Shown here piece by piece: positions 50,395 through 63,660 of a stretch of 64,000 nucleotides of DNA. The translations under genes were made by a program, and so were the position numbers. Position 1 is the stretch's first letter, and the number at the start of each line of letters is the position of its first letter. Source of the stretch: Haliotis rufescens (lineage: Eukaryota); the NCBI RefSeq assembly GCF_023055435.1, contig NW_025963913.1:3162001-3226000 (forward strand), in the 5' to 3' direction. Below the pieces are notes generated by a model that was not told the DNA's origin, did not search any database, and saw only the letters and a list, made by a program, of their open reading frames with translations.

Positions 50395-53300
50395 ATGCCT
50401 ACCTACAAGCTGAGATATTTCAACGCCCGTGGGTTCGGCGAGGTGTCTCGCCTTCTGTTTGCCTTGGCAGGACAGGAATATGAAGATGTGCGATTCACAC
50501 AGGAGACGTGGCCTGCGGAGAAACCGAGTAAGGAACTAGATCATATAACGTTAATTCCATATAACTACCTGTTCGAATATCGTATCCTTATGTATTGGAA
50601 CAAACAGGTTGTCAAAGTGTTACAGAGGCGGATACAGCTTTTTTGAAAAGGGTGGGGGGTGCACAAGTAAGATCTATTTATTGTCTTTGGTGGTAATTTA
50701 TACAGAAATAATTATTTTTTTCGAAATAAAAAGGGTGTGTGTGCGCACCCCCGCACACCCCCCACCCCTCTGTATCCGCCCATGGGTTAAGGCAATGCAT
50801 GTCCGATGTTTGGGCGTGGTCGGCACAGATCACGTTGGAATGTACTCCGATAACACCTGACAACGACCTAGACAGCCGCAATTCGGTGTGTTCCCTCCTC
50901 CAGTCCACCCGATCAGTTCACTGAGGGTTAAGATGTCAGGCTGCATACAAAATTAAATGTTTCTCGAGCACATTTTCCTAAAAAGTGAGAAGCGCGGTAG
51001 GACCTTTTTTATTGTTAATTGAAAACAAAAGTGATGCGTGAGTAACACTTTTTATCTTTTCCCATCAAGAATACCAGTAGGCACAACTGGGCACACAATG
51101 AATCCACTTCACTACAGTCTAGTAGTCAAGGATGTTATCTTAATATTTTGGAGAAAGAGAGTTAACTAGACACATTATCTGCCGCCGTTACGGACCTTGA
51201 ACTGCCGAGGGGCGTGTCAAATATGTACTCAGTGACCTGTCTAGGACGCAATGTTTACGAGTATTTTATTACGCTTCCCCCACAACATAATTTGCTTTTT
51301 GTTTAGCGCTGCACTCGGCAACAAATATTATTTTAAAATAACAACTTAGCTATCGCGGTTTATAGATAATTTTTGTGAATACAGATTAGATAGGATAGCT
51401 CAACTTGAATTTTATTTACACTTCTCGAAAGAAGATAAAGAACACCCGATTTTTTCATATTTCTAAAGTTAATCTGACATGACAGATTGCCTCACCTTAC
51501 ATTAAAATACCAGCTTCTGATTGGTTAAGGAGAGGGCAAATGATTTCCATGTAGCCCGCTCGTGTACCTCTCTAAGAAATCAATCGGAACACACCATATC
51601 TCAAGTACTGCTGAGTTCAAATGAACCGATGTTTATCCGAATGCAATGGGTAAGGGCAAGTAGCTCGTTTCGTTTGCATAATAACATAATTATGTTCCGG
51701 AGGCGTATTAATGAATGTCTCAATACCGCTCGGGGGTACACAGGCACACACACACACATGGTACATCACACTATATACCCCTCGAGATCGGTCGACAACT
51801 TAAATAAAGTCATTAAGTCATATGAAAGAATCGGGTGCTCTTGAACGTCTTTTGAGCAGTATTTATGAATTTGTATTTGATTTACTATAAATATCGGTAG
51901 GGTAAAAAATACTCAATTTTCGCTCGTATTAACAATTTGTGATGATATTTGAGGCAAGAAAATCCCACAAAAACACATTGAGGCCCATGGACGGGTCAGA
52001 GCAGGATCCGCTGATCACCGGTTCGAATTACATATTCAACCTGTTTATAATCCTTGGTTTGTCAGCACCATACCCGTGCTGGTAGTGGTAAACATACACG
52101 ACCTGCATCACGTTGGGCAGAATAGGTCTTCAGCAACCGAAGCTTGCCGTAAAAAGCGACTATGCTTGTCTTAAGAGGCGACTAACGGGATCGGTTGGTG
52201 AGGCTCGCTGACTTATCTGATACATGTCATTGTATCCCAGTTTATGGATCGATGCTCATCATGTCAATCACTGGATTGTCTGGTCCAAACTCGATTATTT
52301 ACAGACCGCCGTCATATAGCTGGAATATTGCTGAGTGCGGCGTTAAACAACAAATAAAAAACAAACAAACACTCAATGACTGACGTTTTTCTCCTTATAT
52401 TACAGACACTCCACTCGGACAGATGCCTGTGCTTGACGTTGACGGACAGTCGTTCGGTCAGAGCAGCGCTATTTCCAGGTTCCTCGCGAGGCGATTCAGT
52501 ACGTTTTCTGCAATAGTTACTAGTCTACGAACTTCAGTTTACCCACAACCATATACCTTTTGTATCCGTAACAAGGGACAATTTATTGTTTAATATACCT
52601 CATACAAAGTCGTGTCTTAATAGAGGGCCGGCCATGGTAGAAAATATGACGCAGCTTGGAAATACCGATTATTGGGAACAAATGTTAAAAGCCTTGCTTG
52701 GAAGAGAAATTAACCCGGGACATCTAAACTGAGGAGCAAAAGAAACTATACCTCTCAGTTGACTTTATCTCATGTGTTTGATTTTCAATTGAAAATATGT
52801 TAAGCTTGCGATATTTTATATAAAAATGTGAAATTCAACTGTACTGGCGCCTTGTAGGCACTCAAAGAATACTTCTGCATGTTTTTTAAATATATTATTT
52901 TGTAAAAATTTCAAAATTCAAATAAAATTCGCATAATACACAACTGCTAATGGGTATCGTAGATATCTTATCTTTGAAAATCAATCAATTTGCTTTTTTC
53001 AGCATAAATTTATATTTCAAACATCTTAAGAGTCATGTTTCTTTTTACACAAAAGTACCCACCCACAATTACATTTTACAAACAGTGGCAGGAATTAGTG
53101 TTGGTTAATAGACTTAAAAACAGTTCTTTCACTATTATTACATACAAAATAAACTCGGTATACTTTCTTTTGCGTGGGAGTTTATTGTGTGAAGATGGTG
53201 CTACTGTCCTGACAGTGAGTGTTGTGTTGCAGATTTCTATGGTCAGGGGGATATCCAAGCCCTTCAAGTGGACCAGGTTCTAGGAATAGTCCAGGACATA

Positions 53301-55167
53301 ATAAATGGCATGATCAAAGCCTTTTATGAGAAGGATGAAGAAAGGAAGGTAAACTACAGTACCGTAACTCATTAACACCCTCTACTGTGTGGACGTGTCT
53401 AATGGATAGAACATCTGCCTGAAGAGAGGGAGGTTCGATCCCGTCCGTGTTATACAAAAAAACAACGTTAAAAGATGGTACTTGTTGTTACCCTATCTGT
53501 TCAGACTCGATTATTTACGGGGGTGGAGTTTTACTGAATGGGTCGTTCAACATTAAACAAACAATAAGCTGTGACATACTTAAGATGCATCTGAAATCGG
53601 TGTCGATTCGAGAGTGGTCGACTTACCTTTTTATCAAATGCTTCCTCCTTGTACTTCTACAGAAGTTGTATTTGATGTTTACAGGCCCAGTTTATGAAGG
53701 AAAACAAAGAAGAAAAGTTGCCTTTGTATTTTGGGATGTTGGAGAAGCTTCTGGAGAGAAACGGCAGCTCAGGCTTCTTCGTTGGCAATTCGGTAACTTT
53801 ATTATAGTTTATACCAAACTGTCCTGCTTCCTGGTCATATACTCATACACACAGTGGCAGTATCACTCATCGAATCTACCCCTGAAGCAATCTCATCAAA
53901 ATCAGACCTCACACTCGCTACCGCTAAACAAAGATCTGAGGACATTCCATTACGGGCCACGTCAGAACGACCTTTCATCCGACCAATCAGAGCATCGCTT
54001 ACCAGATTATGAAAGTGACAGTCGGAATGTGATTTCTGATCATGCAGCCTCGATAACTTTAACTCCGAACGATAGTTCCGGGTTGGACTGTATCCATAGA
54101 CCATCTATTAGCCATTCCAGAATGTTCTTTTGTTCAGGTTTTCAAATTTGTAATCGAGAATTTGTCAAAATATGTTTCGAAGCGTAGTCGCCAATTTGAA
54201 ATTAGTGCCGTAAAGCACGGGAAAGCTGCATTTTGATTGGTCATTCCATTGGTCGGTCAAGGTTCGCGCAAGGTCGGCCTGACGTGATCCGTAATGGGAT
54301 GTCCTCAGATCTTTGTTTAGCGGGAGCGATAACTAAGATCTGACTTAATGAGATTGCTCCTGAAGATCCCCTGAAGATCCAGGTTTGAACTGGTCTTCAG
54401 TAACCGATGTTTGTCATAAAAGGAAACTATGCTTGTCGTAAGATGAGACTAATGACAAGGGGTTGTCAGGCTCGCTGACTTGGTTGATGCATATCATCGT
54501 ATGCGTGGATCGATCGATGTTCATGATGTTAATCAGTGGATTGTCTGGCTCAGACTCAATTATTTACAAATCTCCGCCATATGTCTTGAATGTTTCTGAG
54601 TAGGGGTTAAACAAAAAAAGAATGTTCCGAGTCCGAATAAGTCCCCAGTGCCCCAAGAACCGATTCATGAGGATCGGAAGCTTTGCAATGAGTGAGTGAG
54701 TGAGTTGGGTTTAACGCCGCTTTTAACAGTATTCCACCCGTGCCCCCTTGGTTTTTTTATGTGTGACCTGGTTGATTGTATGTCATCGTACCCAAAGAGC
54801 GGTGATTGTTGCTCATAGTATCGACCACTGGTCATCCTGTCCCTGGCATTGTTCAAAAGCAGTCGCTGATAAAATATGTCAAGCGGTCCAGACATATAAT
54901 GTATTCGTGTGGAGCCCATTTCTGGTGTCCCCTGCCGTGATATTGCTGGAATATTGCTAAAAGCGGCGTAAAACTATACTCACTCACTATAATGTGTTCT
55001 TGTTTCAGTTTACCCTTGCTGACGTGTCTGTGTTTGATATCTACGACAAGGTCAAGTCCATGGTCGATTTGGACAAGTTCCCTCAGGTCAAGAAAAGCGT
55101 AGACAAAGTTGCTTCCAACCCTAAAATTAAGACATGGATTGAAAAGAGGCCCCAAACGGAAAACTAG
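50395..55167 (+). CDS. Sigma-class GST, gene 6, 202 aa
   Basis: Exons 50395-50527, 52406-52498, 53233-53348, 53685-53792, 55009-55167; open. [120 protein letters not shown]..-FTLADVSVFD..WIEKRPQTEN*. Confidence 0.93.
53885..54360. mobile_element. MITE with ~100-bp imperfect TIRs in intron 4 of gene 6
   Basis: GCAATCTCAT..GCTAAACAAAGATCTGAGGACAT.CCATTACGG..CACGTCAG is mirrored at 54279-54358. Confidence 0.7.
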
Positions 55168-58100
55168 TCCCACGACATCACAGATCTTATTCCGGCGCAG
55201 TGTAGGCGTGGCATGACACCGATGACACAGGCTAATTTGCATATGTGACGTGACCTCACGTGTCTCTTGTTTGTAAAGAAACGCGGTTATTCTGAAAACA
55301 ACAGATTGGCCTAATGCAAGCCTTTTGGCGCGCTTTACATATTGCTTTGCATAGTTATATAGATATCTTACTAAAACTGCGACAGTAAGGTGATTGACAA
55401 TATATCTTTGTACATCAAAGTGGCGGTATCACTGGCTCTCCGTAGTGCTTCGATGACAGCACTTGGAGCCGTTCAACCAATGTAAAGGATAACTACGCAA
55501 ATGGAAATTGTTTTTGACGTTTTAGGACATTTTCTAAATAAAAGTTAACCATTCGATGACATACGGTTATCTAGATGTGTAGACGTAACAAAAATGAATA
55601 ACATGCAATATCTCCGATGGACTGTGTAAGATGTGTCGAATCGTCACATGGCGCTGGCCTGTGGCAGAGGTGCTATGCTGGCCGCATGGAACTCTGGGTA
55701 GGAGAGTGATCATAGACAATAAAGAAATATTTGTATCGTATATTCATTTGTTATACACAAAGCTTTGACGAAGTCCAACAGCCGATCTGCAAGCGTGTTT
55801 CGTGTCTCTGTCACAATCACATATTTTTGGCAAATATTTCACGTTCATTGATCAAATAAAACTCGTCGTGTTTCAGTAAGCTTAAGTTTAAAAGTTTTTC
55901 TGTCACGAACATTTACCCGTGTAGTTGCCACACTATATGTACGTTTCAGACGGAACTTACGGAACTTTACGAATAAAGTTTGTCAAATCATTGATTTCTC
56001 AGATTTTTTTCATGTGTCTGCGCGTTTGTTTGTATAATGTAATTCCATAAAACTAGACTATGTTTTTGTTACTAAATACTTTGGATGTTAAACTATTACC
56101 AAATGTCACATTATACAAAAAATCCTGTCTTCCCACACATTTATGATTCTGCGTGGACATTGAACATTGTTTAAGGAAGTCAAAATACCCAAAGATCCGG
56201 GGTAGAATAGGTCTTCAGCAACCCATGCTTGTCATAAAAGGCGATTATTGCTTGTGGTAAGAGGCGCTTAACTGGATTGGTTGGTCAGACTGGCTGATGC
56301 ACGTCATCGTATACAAATTGATTGGATCGATGCTCATGATGTCAATCACTGGATTGCCTGGTCCAGACTCGATTATTTACAGACCGCCGTCATATAGCTG
56401 GAATATTGCTGAGTGCGGCGTTAAACAACAAAAAACACACAAACAAACTTTGATATGACAAATATACAAACTGAAATGTGTGGTATTCTCATTCCTGATT
56501 CCTGCGCGATAGTCGAGTTTTAAACACGCTGGTGCACGGCTGGTTGCGGCCGAGTTCACTGAAGTGCATTACATGCACGCAGACTTTCCATAAACGGTCT
56601 TACAACACTCTCAAAACCACTGCGAGGCAGATTGAATGTGAGGTGACTTGAAATGGGATCTAACGTCGCGTTCAAGACTATTGCACTTATATAGTGATGT
56701 GTGTGTGCGTGCGTGCGTACGTACGTGCGTGCGCGCGTGCGCGCGTGTATCAGTCCATCCTAATGTCGATTGTATAGCCACTGAGATGCCATGCCGCAGT
56801 TTAACATGAATATCCCTCTCAGACACAGTATACTGACTCAGAGCCTATTCCAGTCGTTGTCTTAGTCCCTAAAAAGGAATACCGCCTGCACGGACAGCTA
56901 AATAAACTTGGAGGCAATATTTGTTTTACGCATTTTTGAACACTGATTGGTTACCCGTGATCTGTGAAGATTTCGAGAAAGGGCGCATGTTATAAATTAA
57001 TTTCTTCAGCCTTAACAAACAGACAAACAGCCCATCGGATGTCGTTATTTGGAAATACCCCTGATGGTTATAGTTTAATAATAATAAAAAGTATCCCTCC
57101 AGTGAAAGCATTTTCGTATTTCGGATTGCGTCGATAATATGATTACTACTCCCTTGTTGTCATCCATCTTTTCTGGTATAACCCTACACTTGTGTGTTTG
57201 TCGTCATTCACTTGATGCTCAGTTAATGAATTTATTACAGGTACAATTAGTGGTAGCACCACTCAGATTGCCTGATAAAGGTTACGATTCGGCATTTCTT
57301 GTGTCTGGGGTAACTATTCAATCTAAATCCAGGTTTGAAGGGAGGTGAAATATGTGTTATGTAATATGCACGTGGCAGCTCAGCAAGAGATGAATGATCA
57401 GTTGATTTACTTTTTTGGTAAATCAACGGATCATTCCTAGCTATTAAAGGGTCAACAGAAAATACATTGATTGATTAATCACTGTTATCTTGCACAGTGG
57501 ATTTGTCAAAAGTAAGTGTTTACATGTGTAAGTTCACTAAAACAATATTAATGGAATACACTCATATCATGGCGTGAAGTGCCGATGTAAAAACAACATA
57601 CTTTGTTCAAAGTATGGCATTTACTTCTGCCATCCGGGCAACTTTCTTTGGTGAATATTTGAAATAATAATATATTGCTGTGATTGCTTGATTTATTGCT
57701 CATTGTTATCTTACTCAGTGGATTTTTTTTAAGAACCTTGGACATTATGTAAATAGTTGTCACGTGGGCTTTCTCAGCTGACCTTTGAGACTTGACACCT
57801 ATGTGAAACACCTGAAACAAACTAAGTGATCAGTTGAGCAACGAATACCGGTTATAATATCCCGAAACGATATTTTAAAATATTTGATTGTTACAGAGAA
57901 AAGTGACATCGAATTAGTTTCTGTACAGCTGCAGACGTGTTGGATATTGTTCCTTTATGTGGATATTCACGGATACATTCCTCGAACAAGGAAGCTGCCT
58001 AAAATTATACATATAACTTTGGTAGGTTTTAATTATGATATTTGCATTTTGTTTTCATTCATTTGCTGTGGCATTGAACAGAATCATTCTTGTTCCTCTA

Positions 58101-58946
58101 CGTCTTGGTTGGGAAGTTCTTCGGTGCGAGATAGACGTTGTTTTCACAAGTCTTTTCCTTTGTAAGGTGTATGATGTGATTCACTCAGGCAATTTATAAA
58201 ATGTCTACATAGTTCAGGAATTTACAAATTGACGGAAACATTTATGTCCATTTATTTAACAGATTGACTAACAATTATTCAGAGGTTTGAAAGGGCTTAT
58301 AACATCACAATAGACCAATTATGCTAGGATTCGAAGCCAAAACTATAGAAATGTACTTTAAATTTCGTTTTCTTTCAATCCTATCACTTTCAGTCACTGG
58401 GTGATGAAATTAAAACATAAAAAAAATGTTTGGAATTCGTTGTCATAATAACATAAATGGACTGATATTTCAGTCAATTTGTAAAATAACTGAATATTTA
58501 GGCGTTTACAAAATTGCATAAGTGAAAGTTTTACACATTTTGACTATAAAATATACACACGATAAAATAAGCAATGCTCAGGTGAAATATTTACTTTTTG
58601 TTGCAAGTCAATATAGTGTAAACGAAAATACCAAGCGAGTGATCAAAACTTCGTCACCATTACCGATGCTACCCACAAAGATACCTACATTTCCTTATTA
58701 TTTTCAATGCTGTATTTCATGTTCTTGATCAATGTACTATCAATAAAAGCGACAAATGCGCTTACGAATGGCGCAGAACAGTTCGCGAACTAGGCTAGAT
58801 TTTTGCGATATCATCCGGGTACTCAAGGGGAAAAAACAACAACAAAGGCAACAACCAGTCCCGGTGAATTGCTGCAGATCAGTGGCCTTTTAACCTATTG
58901 AAGACGTATGGGTGACCGACGAGAGATCGTCCTAGTTAGTTCACAA

Positions 58947-58963
58947 GTCACGTGACACACGTG
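58947..58963 (+). promoter_or_regulatory. Tandem E-boxes GTCACGTGAC and CACGTG upstream of gene 7
   Basis: About 100 nt upstream of the ATG; the same 10-mer occurs in gene 6. Confidence 0.5.
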
Positions 58964-59060
58964 TTCACAGCAAGCTCCCGTGAACACGACCCAGCCCTGA
59001 CTAAATTGCATCGGAGCAGACGATAGAGACTGCTGGAAGAAAACTGAAGTTACACGAAAG

Positions 59061-59193
59061 ATGCCATCGTACAAGCTTAAGTATTTCGAGTCGAAGGGTC
59101 GCGCCGAAATGTGTCGTTTGCTGTTCGCCATGGCAGGACAGGAGTACGAAGATATCCGGTACTCTCAGGAGACCTGGGCAGCAGAGAAAAATA
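59061..59193 (+). CDS. Sigma-class GST, gene 7, exon 1 only (the rest presumably lies beyond the window)
   Basis: 133-nt exon MPSYKLKYFESKGRAEMCRLLFAMAGQEYEDIRYSQETWAAEKN with a phase-1 GTAAG donor; no exon 2 found before 64000. Confidence 0.88.
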
Positions 59194-60984
59194 GTAAGTT
59201 GAAACCGGTTGAATGCAGGGTGCGTTGTCAGTTGTAGTTATATAGGTCCAGGGTGTCAATATGTCCCGAGACCATTATCAAAATGTTACAATACGTCCGA
59301 CTACCTTGAAATTAATTTTCTCTGAGTTATTTTGTTAGTTGTTTTTTTTTGTCCATACCGTCAGTTTTTTGTTGTTGTTTGTTTTATATTAACTCGCCTA
59401 GCTATTATCGAACGTATGATTAATAAACTATTGCATATTGTTCAGGGCTCTAGATAAACTGTGTATTTGCATAAAATACGAAACAAATCACCATGGACCT
59501 ACATAAAGGGGTAGAGCTAACTTTATTACTTTTCGAAGATGCCGAATATTAAGACTAGCCATGTGTTTTATTGGAGCTGGGTTTAATTGAAATCTGTAAT
59601 GACTTGTGAAAAAATGGGAAAATGAGTAATTTATTTTTTACATAGGTCATAATTCATTATCCGTTAGTGTGTGGTTATCCATATTCCCATGCAGCAATAA
59701 GTAGGATTTAATGTAAATTTTTAATATTAATTTGCTTGAACTTAATCACGTGACTCACACCATTTCCACAAATGCATTGTGGGGCTGAGCTAACACATGT
59801 AAACAGCTGGTTATTGTGAGTTGAGGTGTTTTCTGTCGTACAAGTTGCAACTTTGTTTCCACCACTAATGTTTGCAGGCTGCAGCAATATAAACTACTCA
59901 AAAGAAGTTAAGGATCACCCGATTCTTTCATATTGGTAATGTTAATCTGTCATGGCATGAGAGATTAACTACTGTAATATGGAAGAATCAGGTGATCCTT
60001 AACTTCTTTTGAGTAGTATATACAATTGCAATCCATGAAATGGTGTGCTGACCGAGTTGGTGAATCGACGACACGTGGAGTGATTTGGCCGTGGAATGAA
60101 CCAGGCAGAGGGAGAGAAACAGCGGCCGTTTTGGTAAATGCTGTACGCAGGTCTTCCAGTGAAAACTGACAGCCACAAAGAAAACTCTCATATGCCTACA
60201 ATACATAAGGATTATTCAACTTAAAAAAGAACGTAACCAAAAAACAGCATCATAAATCTGAGAGCACGCTGCCGAAAACATCAAAACGGCGACACTAAAA
60301 CACACGGACCGCAGTCTTCCAAATTAGGCATGCGCAGAACAAGAAGGAAGTTGACAGTCATGTCATGAGGATCAACAAACAGCGAGTAAATTTACGTCAA
60401 TATTGAATATTCTAGATGTGTATTGTTGTATTACAGCTGTAGGATGTAAATATACTCGCTGTTTGTTGATCCCCTTGAGTTCCCATATATTTCCGGGATA
60501 TTGTCACAGTGACTCAAAAACACTGTGTTTGGACGTATATGTATTGAATGAATACTAACTTCTGGACTACATCACTTACGTTCAGCGTTGGGTTACATAT
60601 TGTGAAGGGAGCCAAGAGTGTTTCCAATGCGATTAGTTATGTGTCGAACAGGGGTTGATAGTGCCATTGTCCAACAAAATAATTCATTACTTAACATACT
60701 GTGAAAACGCAGTGTAATATTGGAAATAGTGTTCAGCGAACTGATAGAAAACAAAGACATTGGTATGTGGTTATGAGGCCTGAAGGCATGAGACATTGCA
60801 ATAATGTTGTCTAAGTTGGATTCATCATTCTCGTTGTCATACGTGGACATTAGCTTCCAGTTGCGTGCGCCTACTCTGCGTTTTCAAAGGTGTTCATGGG
60901 CTAAAATGTTCCGAGCCTAACTATGATAGACGGCTTTGATGGAGTTGGCTGCAAACTATTTTTCAACATTATCCCCGGGGTACA

Positions 60985-61500
60985 CACATTTCTACCAGCG
61001 ATGCATGCTTGACCGGATCCTACTGGTGTAGAAGAGGTCCTCCACAGCAGAAATGACTCCATCATCATTTAAGTTATGACTGCCAGACAGTTCCTTCTGC
61101 CAGTTTAGAAAGAGGAGGACCTCCTCTTGAATACGGAGGATGTCCAATGAGATCAAAACCACCGTCATGCATTGCAGCCATGGCGACACAGACGGGTGCA
61201 ATTTCCTTGAGATTATCAAAGCAGATTAGCATGAAATTGGCCATTCGGGAGATAGGCCATCAATAGGATTCAGAGGGTGATGCCTTTCTGAGACTTGGGT
61301 GTGGAGAAGATGCACTGCTCTCTAGGGCCAACAAGGGCCACCTGATGCTGAGAATGATCAACGTTGTACAGAAGTCCATCAGGGGATATGATTAAGCCAA
61401 GTTCATGAGTGATGAATGGAATTCCACCTACTTCTCTGACCCAGGGAAGTTCACTTGTGAAAACGTTCGTCAGGTATGCAGCATCTGAACAAATGTCATG
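60985..61500 (-). mobile_element. Highly degenerate mariner relic
   Basis: QKELSGSHNLNDDGVISAVEDLF resembles KKELAGRHFPCNDDVISAVNDFF; FITHELGL resembles IITNELGI. Confidence 0.65.
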
Positions 61501-62970
61501 TTTCTTTCCATGCTCCATTGCTGTCGAAGTGGCACAGAGAAATGTGATGCATCTTTTCCATTCCTATTCCTAAAATATGACTTCTGAGCTTCGAGTCCTG
61601 TACAGCCAACAGCTTCACACAGCTTACTTTTTTGCAGCACACCATTCATCAGCTCCTTATTTCAGTTCATTGCTCTCTTGAGTCTCTTCGTCCAGTGAAC
61701 AATCTAAAATCGAAATCATGGTATGTTTGGGGCATGAGTACCCATAAAGATATGCTCCAACTACTACCAAGTGAATCTCTTATGCTGTTATTCTTTTGAC
61801 TATCTTTCTCTTCCAGAAGTAATGCTGTCATCATGCTGATAGCATATGAACATCTTGACTTTGTATGGTTTTCCCCACAACTAATCTTCAGATTGTCATA
61901 AAAGAAAGTAAATTTAACCTAATGATTTCTTTTTTTTAAACATTTTTTTGTCCCTTGCTAGCAGAGACCGAGTTTCCTGGATGCCTTTTGATGATCTATC
62001 AAATCAAATTTTACAACAAAAGCTATAGCTTGTGACTGGCAATAACGCACTCACCCCACTGGTAACCGGTTGAACCAACTAAAAATATGATCCAGGCTCA
62101 TAGTTTTAATAAAAACAACATGAAAAAAATATCTAGTTGCAATACAACCGCACCCACCCAGCCACCCACCCTTACCGGTAACCAGTTGAACCAACTCAAA
62201 TGCGTTTGAGACAAGAAGACGAAGAACAGAATTTGGGCAAAAATATTTGGTTTGTTACTGGTAGAGAGCCGCCGCCATACAGCTGGAAAATTGCTGAGTG
62301 CGGCAACTGACAACAAAACCAACAAACAGGTAGAGAGAGTACGTATGATGTGCACGTGCAGGTCATGACGATGAAATTGACTACGCTCCCGTTTTGCTCA
62401 CAATCATTTGATGAATGACATGACACTATTCATTATTGCTCGCTTGGGTAAAAAGAATCCATGTTGACAACAAATGAATTCCCTTCATTGTCACGATACT
62501 TCTCAATGGCTGTTATCTGTACAAATTTGCTGTCATCGGGTACCCAACACCCACATGATACTATTAGGTGCTATGAAACTCGCCACTAGAACTCGTTGTT
62601 AGCCGAGACAGGCATATTCATATTCATCGTACTACTTGTCGCGGACCACCCGCTATCCCTTTCTTCACAATGGTATGCGCCAGTGGGCGGACCTCATACA
62701 TAGTTATACTGGGTTAATTGTCAGGTCATTACTTTAACTTAGCCTGGCTTACCAGTAAGTCGCAACGGCCACATAGGTTTCTGCCAGTGCAGCTACTGAT
62801 AGAGGTTTTGTCCGGAGAGCGATCCCCGGACGCATCATATCAAAAGAAATTAAAAGACGTTAACAGATGACACTTGTTCTTACCCTGGCGCTCATCATTT
62901 AGGGGACTGTTGGGTTCGGAGTCAAAACACGCGACGTTAGACCCAATTTCGCCTATAATAATTGTAATTT

Positions 62971-63222
62971 GGGGGCACGGGTGGACCAGTTGTCTCAGGT
63001 GCCGCAGTTCGCTGTGCGTCCCTATGATTGTGGCTTCGAATCCTGGTTCGCCCCGATTGTTTCTAGGTTTGTCAGGCCCATTCCCGTGCTCGTTGGGTTC
63101 ACCAACGTGGTAAACGTCTAAGAACTGCATCAGAATGGGCTTTCCTCCCACATCAAGCTGACGCCGTGATATAACTGGAATACTGTTAAAAGCGGCGTTA
63201 AACCCAACTCACTCACCCACTC
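62971..63222 (+). mobile_element. SINE family B, full length
   Basis: GGGGCACGGGTGGACCAGTTGTCTCAGG..GGCTTCGAATCC..GGCGTTAAACCCAACTCACTCAC. Confidence 0.88.
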
Positions 63223-63564
63223 ATTGAAATTTACAGGTTTTTCTTGCTTACCGAGCTGTGTATAAAACACTTGTAAAGACACAGAACTGGCTTATAAAAT
63301 CTGACATCATTTTATAATGTACTGTTCTGTAGACATGTTTGTTCATAAAGAAATGTGCTCCAAAACGCACCCGGAGCTTATAGATCGCGCTTGACGTGTA
63401 GTCATGTTAGTTTTAAATAAAGAATCTGTTCTCGAAAACGCACCCGATGCATAACGATCGCGTCGCCTGAACACACCAACTTATGGCTGTGACTGCACGT
63501 GAAATGTGAGGGTTGTGAACAAATATTAGGCGGTAGCGCGCATCAATTAGTTAGTGGGTGAGAG

Positions 63565-63660
63565 TTCGTTAGAATGTTCGTTAGAGAGCTGGTTAGTTAG
63601 ATGGTTAGAGAGATGGTTAGAGAGATGGTGTTAGACAGCGTTAGACAGCGTTAGACAGTG
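63565..63660. repeat. Short tandem repeat of 10-12-bp units (GTTAGAGAGATG / GTTAGACAGC)
   Basis: Directly visible. Confidence 0.8.

Noticed and set aside
53447-54187. 246-aa ORF
   Set aside because: Overlaps gene 6 exon 4 in a different frame plus intronic SINE/MITE sequence; no recognisable domain.
2646-55167. S-crystallin assignment
   Set aside because: No inserted loop between helices 4 and 5, lengths are 202-203 aa and the proteins are not Met-rich; they look like enzymatic sigma GSTs.
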